DNA of 64,000 nt from Rhizophagus irregularis (taxonomy: Eukaryota). Below are positions 52,198 through 64,000 of the stretch, one piece after another. The translations under genes and the position numbers were made by a program. Each line of letters opens with the position of its first letter. Position 1 is the stretch's first letter. Under the pieces are notes generated by a model, which did not search any database, was not told where the DNA came from, and worked only from the letters and a program-made list of their open reading frames with translations. The stretch covers positions 4,774,001 to 4,838,000 of the forward strand of contig NC_089429.1 in NCBI RefSeq assembly GCF_026210795.1, written 5' to 3'.

Positions 52198-53618
52198 ATG
52201 ACGAGAGGATATTCATTAGAACAAGATTTAAGATTATTAGTAAATAATCCAAAGTATAGTGATATAGAAATTTTATGTGAAGATGGAAAGAAATTACACG
52301 GTTGTAGAGCAATTTTAGCAGCAAGGTCCGAAGTATTTGACAGATTATTTTATAATGGAATGAAAGAAAGTTATGAAAAGCAAATTTCTTTTCCAAAGAT
52401 TAATTCCGCTGGAATGGAAATTATATTAGAATATACTGACCTATACTGGATCAATAAAAGAAGAATCTTTAACAAAAGATAATACTGTTGAAGCTTTTTA
52501 CGCTGCAGTCTATTTTCAATTATCGGACCTACAAGATTTTATTTTGAAAACAGTTAAGAATACTAATTTTGCAAAAAATTATTCACCGGAATTACTATCT
52601 AAAATTTCGGAAAAAATGCCATTAACAGAAGATAACGTTCTTCTTAATTTATTGGTTGAAGAAGTAGCAAATATTTCATTAAATAATATTAAATTTGGTC
52701 GATTGTCTATCACGGGCCTTAAATGCATTTTATCTTATATATATGAAAAAGAAAACCATTTGCAACTCCAGAATATGAGGTTTTTCGATATAGTGCTATT
52801 CTTGCAGCCAAACAAGTTTCTAATGATGCACATAAAACTCTCACGAAACTGTTGCCAACTTTAGAACAAATAGAGAATCCAATCAAAGTAAAAAATAAAT
52901 TCATTACCGATCATCGAAAAGTTGGCAAAGAATTAGAACCTTTGATTAAATTTATTGATTTCAGAAGAATTAAAGTTCAAATATTAGCCAATATTATTGA
53001 ACCACTAGAAATTGTCCCAGATAAAATAATTTCTAATGCTTATCGATATATAGCGTTATCAAATAATTTAAATTTAAATAATTTAATTAATACTCGTGGA
53101 ACGTCAATTAATGAAATTGATTATGTTTGGTATAAGCCAGCATATAGATCAAAACTTCGTTGTTATTAAGGATAATGGAAAATTGTGCAAGCAGAAAAAA
53201 TAGCAATGTTCACCAATGTATGTGTTAGAGGTAGAATAGCGTTCGAAAATAAAGGACTTTTAAATGGGATGTTATTATTAAAAAAAATTGTTCATGGTCT
53301 TGGGTTGGAGTATGCGCATCAAAAAATTTTGATTATCAAACCTTTGCAGGTAATCAACCTACTGGATGGGTATTTGGTTCCGGTGGTCTTTACAATCCTG
53401 CTAGTGGATTTTAGTATTGTCCGTCATTTCACGAAGATGGTGCAAGAATTACAGTTCATTTAGATATGAACAAAAGAACTTGTGTTTTTACAGTCAATGG
53501 TAAAAAGTATCGGGAAGTATCAGAATGGAATAATTTACCATCAACTGAAAGATTTATCCGGTAGTATCGTTATGTTATCCTGGTCTTTTTCGAATTCTAT
53601 CTTATCAAAAAAATTTAG
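52198..53618 (+). pseudogene. BTB-SPRY pseudogene, duplicate of 10535..11942
   Basis: Frameshifts at ~52438, ~52755, ~53158 (shared with the 10535 copy), ~53219 and ~53545. Confidence 0.9.
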
Positions 53619-54676
53619 AATATTGAGTATAAATTATGTGAATAGAATTATTATATAAATTATGATTCCATATGATTATTCTTATGTATTGAAGTACTAT
53701 AAAAATAAATATTTTGATTATTGCAAGAATTATGTCAAACTTATTTAATATTAGGTAAAAAAAATGTGAATTCTCAATATAAATAAACATAAGTAATTAT
53801 ATTGAACTTAAATTATTAACTAAAATTGTAATCACGTTAAAGAATTTTTTTTGCATTGATTCACAAGAATTTCATTATTCATAAGATCCAAATTATGTTT
53901 TGATGTAGGAATATGATTATTACTGAAATATAATATTATTCAGCCTGCATATTTTAAATTGCAAGGCATTAGTACTTATACAATTGAAGTTTATTAATCT
54001 GAATACTTCTTTTCCTTCATCAGGAACTTTTCACATTGAAACAAATATTCTCAATAAATTTTTCCATACCGATATAAAATTACGTGCAGCCTAATAGTAT
54101 TAATTTTTTCTATGCGAAAGCGCTACGCGCTACTTGAAAGAAAAAATAATAATTATAGAGAGTATTTATGTTTTTTAAATTTTGGTTAATTATAATAAAT
54201 TTAATGCTGAAAATAGAGTTACGTACAAGTATGACTGATCAAATGTGTCAAGAAATTATGGCTAACCTTTGTGAGCATCAAAAATATTATGCCAATCAAA
54301 CCTGAATAGATCAATTATTGTACAAAAAGCTGTTATGCATTCACAAGAAGTTTAAAAGAATGCACAAAATTGTCCAAAATGTAATGAATCACGCCGTATT
54401 TTAAATTGAATTTGGAGAACACGTGTCCAAAATTTCACATCACTGGGCCGCATTAGAATTTGGCCTGATCGGATACATCACATGTATATCATATGAACTT
54501 TTTTGCTGCGCCTCCATAATGATGACCGATTAATATAAGAATGGGTAAAATTATCTAAGCCACAATTCTAATGCATTTCTAAGTTTAGCACAACATAGTA
54601 CAGAATAATATAAATATTGGTTCATTAACATCCAAAATAAGTTTACTTTTTTTTAAAAAAAAGGTTTCTTGAAAAA

Positions 54677-56083
54677 ATGACGAGAGGATATTCATTAGAA
54701 CAAGATTTAAGATTGTTAGTAAATAATCCAAAGTACAGTGATGTAGAAATTTTATGTGAAGATGAAAAGATATTACACGGTTGTAGAGCAATCTTAGCAG
54801 CAAGGTCCGAAGTATTTGATAGATTACTTTATAATGGAATGAAAGAAAGTTATGAAAAACAAATTTCTTTTCCAAAGATTAAGTCCGCTGGAATGGAAAT
54901 TATATTAGAATATATTTATACAGGGTCAGTTAAAGAAGAATCTTTAACAAAAGATAATACTGTTGAAGCTTTTTACGCTGCAGACTATTTTCAATTGTCA
55001 GACCTTCAAGATTTTATTTTGAAAACAGTTAAGAATACTAATTTTGCAAAAAATTATTCACCAGAATTACTATCTAAAATTTCGGAAAAAATGCCATTAA
55101 CAGAAGATAATATTCTTCTTAATTTATTGGTTGAAGCAGCGGCAAATATTTTATTAAATAGAATTGAATTCGGTCGATTGTCTATTATGGGCCTTAAATA
55201 TCTTTTATCTTGTACATATGAAAAAGAAAAGCCATTTGTAACTCCAGAATATGAGGTTTTTCGATATAGCGCTATTCTTGCAGCAAAACAAGTTTCTAAT
55301 GATGCACATAAAATTTTTATGAAACAATTGCCAACATTAGAACAGTTAGAAAATACAAGTCCAATCAAGGTAGAAAATAAATTTACTGGTCATCAAAAAG
55401 TTGCTAAAGAATTAGAAACTTTGGTTAAATTTATTGATTTCAGAAGAATTAAACCTCAAATATTAGCCGATATAATTGAACCACTAGAAATTATCCCAGA
55501 TAAAATAATTTCTAATGTTTATCGATATGTAGCGTTATCGAGTAATTTAAATTTAAATAATACTCGTGGAATATCAATTAATGAAATCGGCTACTATTTT
55601 TGGGATAAGTCAGCATGTGGATCAAAACTTGTTATTGAGGATAATGGAAAAATTGTATATGCACTAGATGGTTATAATTCACACCAAAGTGTTAGAGCTA
55701 AAATAGCATTAGAAGATAAAGGTATATTTGAATGGGATGTTATTATTGAGAAAGCTTGTTCTTATTCTTGGGTTGGAGTATGTGCATCAGAAAATCTTAA
55801 TTATGAATCTTGGGCAGGAGCCCAACCTACTGGATGGGTATTGGGTTCTGGTGGTGCGCTTTATAATCATAATAAAGTAGTAAGAAATTATTGTCCAGCA
55901 TTTGGAGATGGTGCAAGAATTGCAGTTCATTTAGATATGAATAAAAGAACTTGTACTTTCTCAGTCAATGGTAAAAAGTATCGGGAGGTATCAGAATGGA
56001 ATAATTTACCATCAAAACTTTATCCAGTAGTATCATTTAATTCTCCTGGTCGCTTTCGAATTTTGCCCCATCAAAAAAATTAG
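54677..56083 (+). CDS. BTB/POZ-SPRY protein, 468 aa
   Basis: Intact ORF with BTB and SPRY motifs. Confidence 0.92.
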   Translation: MTRGYSLEQDLRLLVNNPKYSDVEILCEDEKILHGCRAILAARSEVFDRLLYNGMKESYEKQISFPKIKSAGMEIILEYIYTGSVKEESLTKDNTVEAFYAADYFQLSDLQDFILKTVKNTNFAKNYSPELLSKISEKMPLTEDNILLNLLVEAAANILLNRIEFGRLSIMGLKYLLSCTYEKEKPFVTPEYEVFRYSAILAAKQVSNDAHKIFMKQLPTLEQLENTSPIKVENKFTGHQKVAKELETLVKFIDFRRIKPQILADIIEPLEIIPDKIISNVYRYVALSSNLNLNNTRGISINEIGYYFWDKSACGSKLVIEDNGKIVYALDGYNSHQSVRAKIALEDKGIFEWDVIIEKACSYSWVGVCASENLNYESWAGAQPTGWVLGSGGALYNHNKVVRNYCPAFGDGARIAVHLDMNKRTCTFSVNGKKYREVSEWNNLPSKLYPVVSFNSPGRFRILPHQKN

Positions 56084-58042
56084 ATTATTGAATATAAATT
56101 TTGAGTCATATATAATATGTATACTAAACAAATTATTAAGCCAAGAAAAATAAATTTTTTGATTTTTGTAACTTAAATTCATTTAACCTTTTATTAATGT
56201 TACTATGTCAAACTTCTTTAATCCTAGTTGTTGTTAAAAAAAAAAAGATGTGAATATTAAATATATTTGATATAAATAAACATAATAAATAATCATTATA
56301 TTGAATTATTAACTAAAAATGAAATCACGTTAAAGAATTTTTTTTTTCATTCATGAGAATTTCATAAGATCCAAATTATGTTTTTCTGCAGGAATACGAT
56401 TATTAAATGAAGAAACTGAAATATAATATTTATTCGGCCGGCGTATTTTAAATGACAAGGCATTAGTACTCGTACAATTTGAGGTTTATTAAACTGAATA
56501 CTTCTCTTTCGTCACTTTCTTCTAGAAATTTCTCACATTGAAAAAGACATTCTCAATTAAGCTAATATATAAAATTACGTACGTGCAATTTATTAACTTT
56601 TTCAAAAATTTGTTCACGAAACGATCGTATTCCGGCGTGACGATGATAAAGATTGTGTTGTTATTAATTCCATAATATCAGATGAAAAGAGCATGGTGAA
56701 AACAATTCCACTTACTTGTGTTGTTGATGATATGTGTTTTATTATTTCGAAAGTGCTTAAGAAACTTGAAGGAAAAATAAGTGAAAAATAAATTTACTCT
56801 TTAGATTTTGGGTTACTTTTTCTATAAAAAATTTTACCAAAATATTCTTTTCTTTTTCTAAATACTTCAATAATTGATAAATATTTACATGGATTCTCTT
56901 ACGTAAATAAATCGAAACAAGAATATTCGTACATCATACAGTATTATGGATACAGTATGTTACGTTGGTCACCTTGTGTCATTTAATAATTAATATCTTG
57001 ATAATATTTCACATTGGCTGAAAAAGTAAGAAAGAGCAGTCTTGTAATAATAAAATGCGCGGAAAGATATAAATCATACTCGAGTAAAGTTATAATGTAC
57101 TTATAAAAAGCTATTATAACTGATTATATAAAAAAAATTGTGTGAATTTACCATTATGATGCCAAGAAATTGACCTCTTGATATTTCAAATTTTTATTGA
57201 GAAGAAATAAATTTTATTTTAAAAAAAAATTTATTATATACTGTATGTAAACTATTATGTTAATTAGATATTTACCTGTTACAATATAGCTTCAATTAAT
57301 TACATTTTTTTTTTATTTTAGTTAATATTATTCATTTTTTTCTAGTACTTTCTCATTAGTATTTTTGTATCTTTGATTATTAACTACGTAATATATCTCT
57401 TTATTTATTTTAGTTTATATAAACACTTTGTTTGGACTAAGTAAGTTTCTTTTATAAATGAATAATAATCAATAAATTTATAAATTCTTTAGTTTTAAAA
57501 AAAACAAAAATGTCAAACTTCCTAAATGGAATATTAAAGAATTATGTCTTGTTCATTTCAAAGTTATTTAACGTTATTAATTACAAAAGATTAAATTTCT
57601 CAATGACATTTAATTTATCAAAACATTTCAACATCGTCATAATTTTCTTCCTTACTAATTTTATAAGAATAATTAGTTATGAATAAAATATGTTTTAATA
57701 AATATTTCTCTCTTTTTTTTTTTAATTTAAGAAAAAATAATTGTAATTTATTTAAAATTCCATTTCAGAATATAAATACATGTAAAAGTTTTGTTAAAAC
57801 TTAGATTTGCCTTATCAATTAAATAAAGTAATTGCAGTTAAAAAAGTAGATAAATAAATAATTATGTATAAATTAACAGATTGAACTAAAGATGGCTATA
57901 TTCAAAAGTGAAATCTTTTAAATAGACAATTTTTTGTTACAAATTTTTGATAAAATAAATAAATAATAAATTATTTCCAAATGACATAATTAAACATTAT
58001 AATATAGGCACAAAAAATTTTTCATACTATAATCTTACAAAA

Positions 58043-59449
58043 TTAAACATTTTTTTGATGAGGCTGAATTTGAAAGCGACCAGGATACTTTATTGATACT
58101 ACCGGATAAAGCTTTGACGGTAAATTATTCCATTCTGATACTTCCCGATACTTTTCACCATTGACTGTAAAAGCACAAGTTCTTTTATTCATATCTAAAT
58201 GAACTGTAATTCTTGCACCATCTCCAAATGCTGGACAATAGTTTTTTACATAGTTATTATGATTACGAAATGTACCACCAGAACCTAATACCCATCCAGT
58301 AAGTTGGTTTCCTGCCCAATCTTCATAATTAATATTTTCTGATGCACATACTCCTACCCAAGACCATGAACAATGTTTCTCAATAATAACATCCCATTCA
58401 AAAATACCTTTATCTTCTAATGCTATTTTAGCTCTAGCACTTTGGTGTGTATCACAATTATTTGATGCTCGTATAATTTTCCCATTATCCTCAATAACAA
58501 GTTTTGATCCACATGCTGATTCATCCCAAGCGTACATCGTTTTCGGCATTATTCCTCGAGTATCATTTAAATTTGAATTGTTTGACCTTGCTATGTCTCG
58601 ATAAACATTTAAAATTACTTTAGAAGGAATGATTTCTAATGGATCAATAACATCGGCCAAAATTTTTCCATTAATTCTCTTGAAATCAATAAATTCAACC
58701 AAAGGCTCCAATTCTTTAGCAACACTTTGATGATCAGTAACAGATTTATTTTTTATTTGAACTGAATTATCCATTTTCATTTGTTCTAAGGTAGGTAACT
58801 GTTTCATAAGAGTTGAATATGCATCATTAGAAACTTGTTTTGCTGCAAGAATAGCGCTATATCGAAAAACTTCATATTCTGGAGTTATAAAAGTCATTTC
58901 TTTTTCATATGTACAAGATAAAAGAAATTGAAGACCTGCAATAGACAATCGACCGAATTCAATGGTATTTAATGGAATATTCGCTACCGTTTCAACCAAT
59001 GAATTTAGTAAACTATTATCTTCCGTTAATGGCATTATTTTCACGGCCTTAGATAATAATTCCGGTGAATAATTTTTTGCAAAATTAGTATTCTTAACTG
59101 TTTTCAAAATAAAATCTTGTAGGTCCGATAATTGAAAATAGTCTGCAGCACAAAAAGCTTCAACAGTATTATCTTTTGTTAAAGATTCTTCTTTAACTGA
59201 ACCAGTGTAAGTATATTCTAATACGATTTCCATTCCAACGGACTTAATTTTTGGAAGAGAGATTTGATTTTCATAACTTTCCTTCATACCGTTATAAAGT
59301 AATCTATCAAATACTTCGGATCTTGCAGCTAAAATTGCTCTACAAGCATGTAATTTCTTTTCATCTTCACATAAAATTTCTAAATCACTATATTTTGGAT
59401 TATTTATTAATAATTTTAAATCTTGTTCTAATGAATAACCTCTCGTCAT
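58043..59449 (-). CDS. BTB/POZ-SPRY protein, 468 aa
   Basis: Intact ORF with BTB and SPRY motifs. Confidence 0.92.
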   Translation of the reverse strand: MTRGYSLEQDLKLLINNPKYSDLEILCEDEKKLHACRAILAARSEVFDRLLYNGMKESYENQISLPKIKSVGMEIVLEYTYTGSVKEESLTKDNTVEAFCAADYFQLSDLQDFILKTVKNTNFAKNYSPELLSKAVKIMPLTEDNSLLNSLVETVANIPLNTIEFGRLSIAGLQFLLSCTYEKEMTFITPEYEVFRYSAILAAKQVSNDAYSTLMKQLPTLEQMKMDNSVQIKNKSVTDHQSVAKELEPLVEFIDFKRINGKILADVIDPLEIIPSKVILNVYRDIARSNNSNLNDTRGIMPKTMYAWDESACGSKLVIEDNGKIIRASNNCDTHQSARAKIALEDKGIFEWDVIIEKHCSWSWVGVCASENINYEDWAGNQLTGWVLGSGGTFRNHNNYVKNYCPAFGDGARITVHLDMNKRTCAFTVNGEKYREVSEWNNLPSKLYPVVSIKYPGRFQIQPHQKNV

Positions 59450-62119
59450 TTTTTAAGAAAGTGATTAAGAAAAAGAAATATATATTTCAATGATAATATT
59501 TTAGGATTTTATTTCATTTATAAATAAAAAAGTATTTGTACTATGTTACACTAGCTTTGTGGGAAAAAAAAACGGAAAAAATATTTCCGGTATTATTAGC
59601 TGCGCCTTTATCATTAATGACGATCCGAACGCAACATACTGTGTATATAAACGACGATTTTATTATCTTTGATACGTTAAATTTTGTAGATTCGTATTAT
59701 TTATGAAGAAGTATTAGCAATAACAATAAAAAATGAAGGTAAAACATAATTATTTTAACGATATACATTAATACACAGTATAGCTAAAATTTAGTCATTT
59801 GTAAGGTTGACCTATTTAATGGAATATAAATTCAAGAATAAAATCCTAAAGAATAATCTACAACATAAAATTCTTATAAGCTATTATAAAAATAATTCAT
59901 ATTCATTCTAGAAGATAAATGAGAAATTCTCTTTTATTAATAACTTACTTTCATTCCAAATATTATTTAGTTTTAGGGATTCATTTTCGTAAACAAATAG
60001 GATTTTTACCAATAAAATAGCGTACGTGACATTGATGACATATTATGACGTCCTAAGTTTTTAACTGGTTTATTTACTATGCAGGATACGCAAATACAGA
60101 TTTTAATAGTACTTTTTATCGTAAATTATTAAGAAATAAGTCAGTAATAAATTATTTAAATTATGTTTAATAGCAATCTATCTTAAGTAAACTTATTGTT
60201 CACCTTATATGGTAAGCCCAAATTCATCAGATGATGAAGCCGACATCAAATTCATGCACTATCTCCAAATAATGGTCAATAATCGTTTACCAAATTTTCA
60301 GAATTATAACCATAACCACTATCAAAATCATCTTAAAATTGTTAATTGCTGAGATAATCAATGATGTTGGCCTTCAATTTTTCTGAAGATCGATAATAAT
60401 TTATTATTTCTACTTATACTGGATTCACTTTTTTCCAAGGTTGGTAAGTGTTTCATGAATTTTGTGTATACGGTATATCATTAGAAACTCGATTTACTGC
60501 TTCATATTCTTAAATTAAATAAATAATATTGAGAACCTTCAATACAAATTAAAGAGAATAATATTTTTTTTTGCATTTATCTCGTAAATTTTATATTAAT
60601 TCTGATGAATAAAAATTATGATCAGTCAATCACGAAGGTGTTATCACGTACGTTTTGGGTGATATTTTATATTTTTATAAAAATTACGTTTCCGGTTAAA
60701 TTTACAATCATTGATACTTATTAAATGGCTGAAAAATTAAATTTTCAAACTATCAGCTTGTTATCGTTATGAATTATTTCAATAAATTCTTTTATTTACA
60801 TACACGTGGAATTTTTTTAAAAAAATAGTTTATTTTAGAATTTTTTTTTTTTGCACTACATCAACAATTTTGACCAAAAGGTCATTATATATTCGACAAA
60901 ATCTATAACTTTATAATAATCGTCATGTTTATCGAGGAGTCCTATAGTATTAAAAAGAAGGATTACGAAACGAAAGTAAAATAATAACGGAAAAGTAGGT
61001 ACAAGATTAAAACAAATGAAGAAAAGAATTGCGAGGTTCAAAAGAAATTTGAAAATTGAAATCGGACGGATAGAATAAGGAATCTTTTTGTTATTATTGT
61101 TTATAAGTTAATTTGTTATAATCTACATATAGCAACATACAGTAGATAAAAAAATACCGTTCACTCGCATAATTTTATTACGAGAACCTAGTTGAGCGCT
61201 TGAGCCTAATAGGAAATCGAATTATATTTTCGCTTTGTAGTAGTTAAAAAAGGGTGGAGTTTCTTCCACATCATATAGCCATGTTTCTTATAAACCTAAA
61301 GACGAGAATATTGAATAATATGTTATAATCACAAAAAATAAAGCCATGGTACCTAAAACAAAATTATTATAAACAAGAATTATCTAACTGAAGAAAACGA
61401 TTTTTTTTTTCTATTAAATTACGTGAAAAAATTCAAATTAAAGTTTTTGTAACCTCCGTTTTTGATTTTCTCTATAGATATTATATCAATTCGGTTCACC
61501 ACTTAGTTTCAACCAAGAATAACGCTTTGTGATTTAATGCTTTTAATATGGTCCTATTATTTCTAAATAATTTATAGTTTTTCTTTTGCTAGTATATTAT
61601 ATGTTATTTTATAATGTAACCTCTTACATATATTTGAAACCCATTCATTGTATGAATCATTCCAATTTATATTTCCTCATTAAATTTTTTTTATTTCGAT
61701 TGAGAATTAACCACGACGTTTTATACTTAAAATAGTTAATCAACTCCGATCTTATACTCAAAATAATTAGTGCTTCCATTGTGCTTTCATTTAACTTAAT
61801 TCTAACTCTTTATTGCTTTACTCATTTTCATATATTAATTTCGTCATTAAATATTTTCGAATTAATTGAACCATTATTTTATCAATTTAACCCCAAAATA
61901 TGAAATTGAGCGAAATTATCGTTTGAAGTTTTATATATATAGTATATTTTTAATGATATACATAAACTTACCCGACTTTTCATGGTGCTTGGTGTTGTAC
62001 AACATGGTACGGAATAAATATTAAGTTTTCGTCCGAAAATGAAAAAAAAATAATCCTATTCATTCTATTTTTAAAAAAATTATTATTTTTTTTTTTAAAA
62101 AAAAAAATTTTCTGAAAAA

Positions 62120-63526
62120 ATGACGAGAGGATATTCATTAGAACAAGATTTAAGATTATTAATAAATAATCCAAAGTATAGCGATATAGAAATTTTATGT
62201 GAAGATGAAAAGAAATTATATGCTTGTAGAGCAATTTTAGCTGCAAGATCCGAAGTATTTGATAGATTACTTTATAATGGAATGAAAGAAAGTTATGAAA
62301 ATCAAATTTCTTTTCCAAAGATTAATTCTGCTGGAATGGAAATAATATTAGAATATACTTATACTGGTTCAATCAAAAATGATTTATTAACAAAAGATAA
62401 TATAATTGAATCATATTATGCAGCAGATTATTTTCAATTATCTGACCTTCAGGATCTTATAATGAAAACTGTTAAGAAAATTTTAAAAAAAAAATACGCA
62501 GAAAATTTTTCACCAGAATTATTATCTAAAGTTGTAGAAATTATGCCTTTATCAGAAGATAATATTCTTCTTAAATTATTGGTTGAAACTGTTGCAACTA
62601 TTCCATTAAATAGTATTGAATTTAACCGTTTATCTATTACAGCATTACAATATCTTTTATCTTGTACATATGAAAAAGAAATGGATTTTGCTACTCCAGA
62701 ATATGAAGTTTTTCGTTATAGTGCTATTCTTGCAGCAAACCAAGTTTCTGATGATGCATATAATTCTATTGTGGAACGGTTACCAACCTTAGAACAGATA
62801 AAAAATTCATTCCAAGTAAAAGATAAGTCTATTGCTGATCATCAAAAAGTTGCCGAAGAATTGATACCTTTGATTAAATTTATCGAGTTTAGAAGGATCA
62901 AAGGTCAAATGTTGGTTAATATTATCGAACCATTAGAAATTATTCCGGCCGAAGTGGTTGTAAGTGCTTATCGATATAAAGCATTATCAGATAAATCAGA
63001 TTTAAGTGACGTTCGAGGAAAACCAATACGTGAATTTAATTATGTTTGGGATGAGACAGCATGTGGATCAAATCTTATTATTGAGGATAATGGACAGATT
63101 GTACAAGCAGAAAATTACCGTAATTCACACCAAAATGTTAGAGCTAAATTTGCATTAGAAGATGAGGATATTTTTGAATGGGATGTCATTATTGAGAAAA
63201 CTTGTGATTATGCCTGGGTTGGAGTATGTGCATCAGAAGACTTTAATTATGAAATTTGGGCAGGAGAACAACCTACTGGATGGGTATTAGGTTCTGGTGG
63301 TGATTGTAGCAATGCTGGTATAGAAATAAATTATTGTCCGCCATTTGGTGATGGTTCAAAAGTTACTGTTCATTTAGACATGAATAAGAGAACTTGTGCT
63401 TTTACGGTCGATGGTACAAAATATCCGAAGGTATTAGAATGGAATAATCTACCTTCAAAACTTTATCCAGTAGTATCATTAATACACCCTGGTCGCTTTC
63501 GAATTCAACCTCATCAAGAAAATTAA
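62120..63526 (+). CDS. BTB/POZ-SPRY protein, 468 aa
   Basis: Intact ORF with BTB and SPRY motifs. Confidence 0.92.
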   Translation: MTRGYSLEQDLRLLINNPKYSDIEILCEDEKKLYACRAILAARSEVFDRLLYNGMKESYENQISFPKINSAGMEIILEYTYTGSIKNDLLTKDNIIESYYAADYFQLSDLQDLIMKTVKKILKKKYAENFSPELLSKVVEIMPLSEDNILLKLLVETVATIPLNSIEFNRLSITALQYLLSCTYEKEMDFATPEYEVFRYSAILAANQVSDDAYNSIVERLPTLEQIKNSFQVKDKSIADHQKVAEELIPLIKFIEFRRIKGQMLVNIIEPLEIIPAEVVVSAYRYKALSDKSDLSDVRGKPIREFNYVWDETACGSNLIIEDNGQIVQAENYRNSHQNVRAKFALEDEDIFEWDVIIEKTCDYAWVGVCASEDFNYEIWAGEQPTGWVLGSGGDCSNAGIEINYCPPFGDGSKVTVHLDMNKRTCAFTVDGTKYPKVLEWNNLPSKLYPVVSLIHPGRFRIQPHQEN

Positions 63527-64000
63527 ATTTTTTTAATTAATTTTTTTTTTACTTTTTATTTTTTTATTTCAGTCCCGAAAGATAAATTTTTTTTCTTTTT
63601 TATTTTCAAGTTTTTTTTTCAATATCAAAAAGTAAATTAAAATAAATTAAATAAATTTTTTATTAAAATAGATTTTTTTTCCTAATTAGTTTAAACTGGT
63701 ATTACGTAGTTTTAAATTAAAGTAAGAAAAATAAATAAAAATTGAACAAATTTATTATACCAAGTCATCAAGAAGTTAATTTTTTGACATAAATTCTTCC
63801 ATTTTTTTTTCTTACATAACCGGTTATAGTAGTTTTTTAAAGTACATTACATCTTTACTCTAATGCTTCCGCTCATTTATTATTACGAGTCTGCACTTTT
63901 TATTTTTGTTTCTGGCTGTTCAACCAATGTGAAATATTACCAAGATAATAATGACTCAAGGCGATCAACATACCATATTTTTAATAATATTCTTGATGAA

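Larger units (their letters stand above)
50790..62300 (+). repeat. Second copy of a ~11-kb four-gene segmental duplication (first copy ~10360-19517 plus 46731-~48600)
   Basis: Same gene order and orientation (psi+, +, -, +) and collinear intergenic sequence, e.g. 11940-12960 vs 53610-54600, 17740-19517 vs 59455-61215, 46731-48417 vs 61213-62119. Confidence 0.92.

Noticed and set aside
1862..62318. Recurring antisense ORFs beginning MEKKF.. (e.g. 1862-2122, 4754-5008, 12948-13244, 61980-62318) and MIG.VF..
   Set aside because: Shadow frames of the conserved BTB coding strand; they recur only because the sense genes are paralogous.

Overview
Very AT-rich eukaryotic DNA, most likely from an arbuscular mycorrhizal (Glomeromycotina, Rhizophagus-like) fungus. 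This is inferred from composition, short GT-AG introns and the gene families present. The backbone is a tandem array of ten intronless ~468-aa BTB/POZ-(BACK-like)-SPRY genes (7 intact ORFs, 3 pseudogenes), partly produced by duplication of a 4-gene block. The paralogues have conserved BTB halves but patchwork, hypervariable SPRY loops that look shuffled between non-corresponding copies. The array is split by a ~27.2-kb nested transposon stack (19518-46730), and the empty site survives in the duplicate block at ~61210. The outer element is Plavaka-type. It contains (i) a non-autonomous CACAG element holding a 2.6-kb TG..CA unit built from ~15 structured introns and micro-exons, (ii) a Helitron, and (iii) a TTAA-flanked element with an Academ-like transposase, itself interrupted by an apparently intact 9.3-kb CACTG (EnSpm/CACTA) transposon. 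Several small TIR elements sit in BTB promoters or exons. A Crinkler-kinase pseudogene and a truncated unknown gene lie at 6.3-10.4 kb. All calls come from reading the sequence by eye; no database searches were run.
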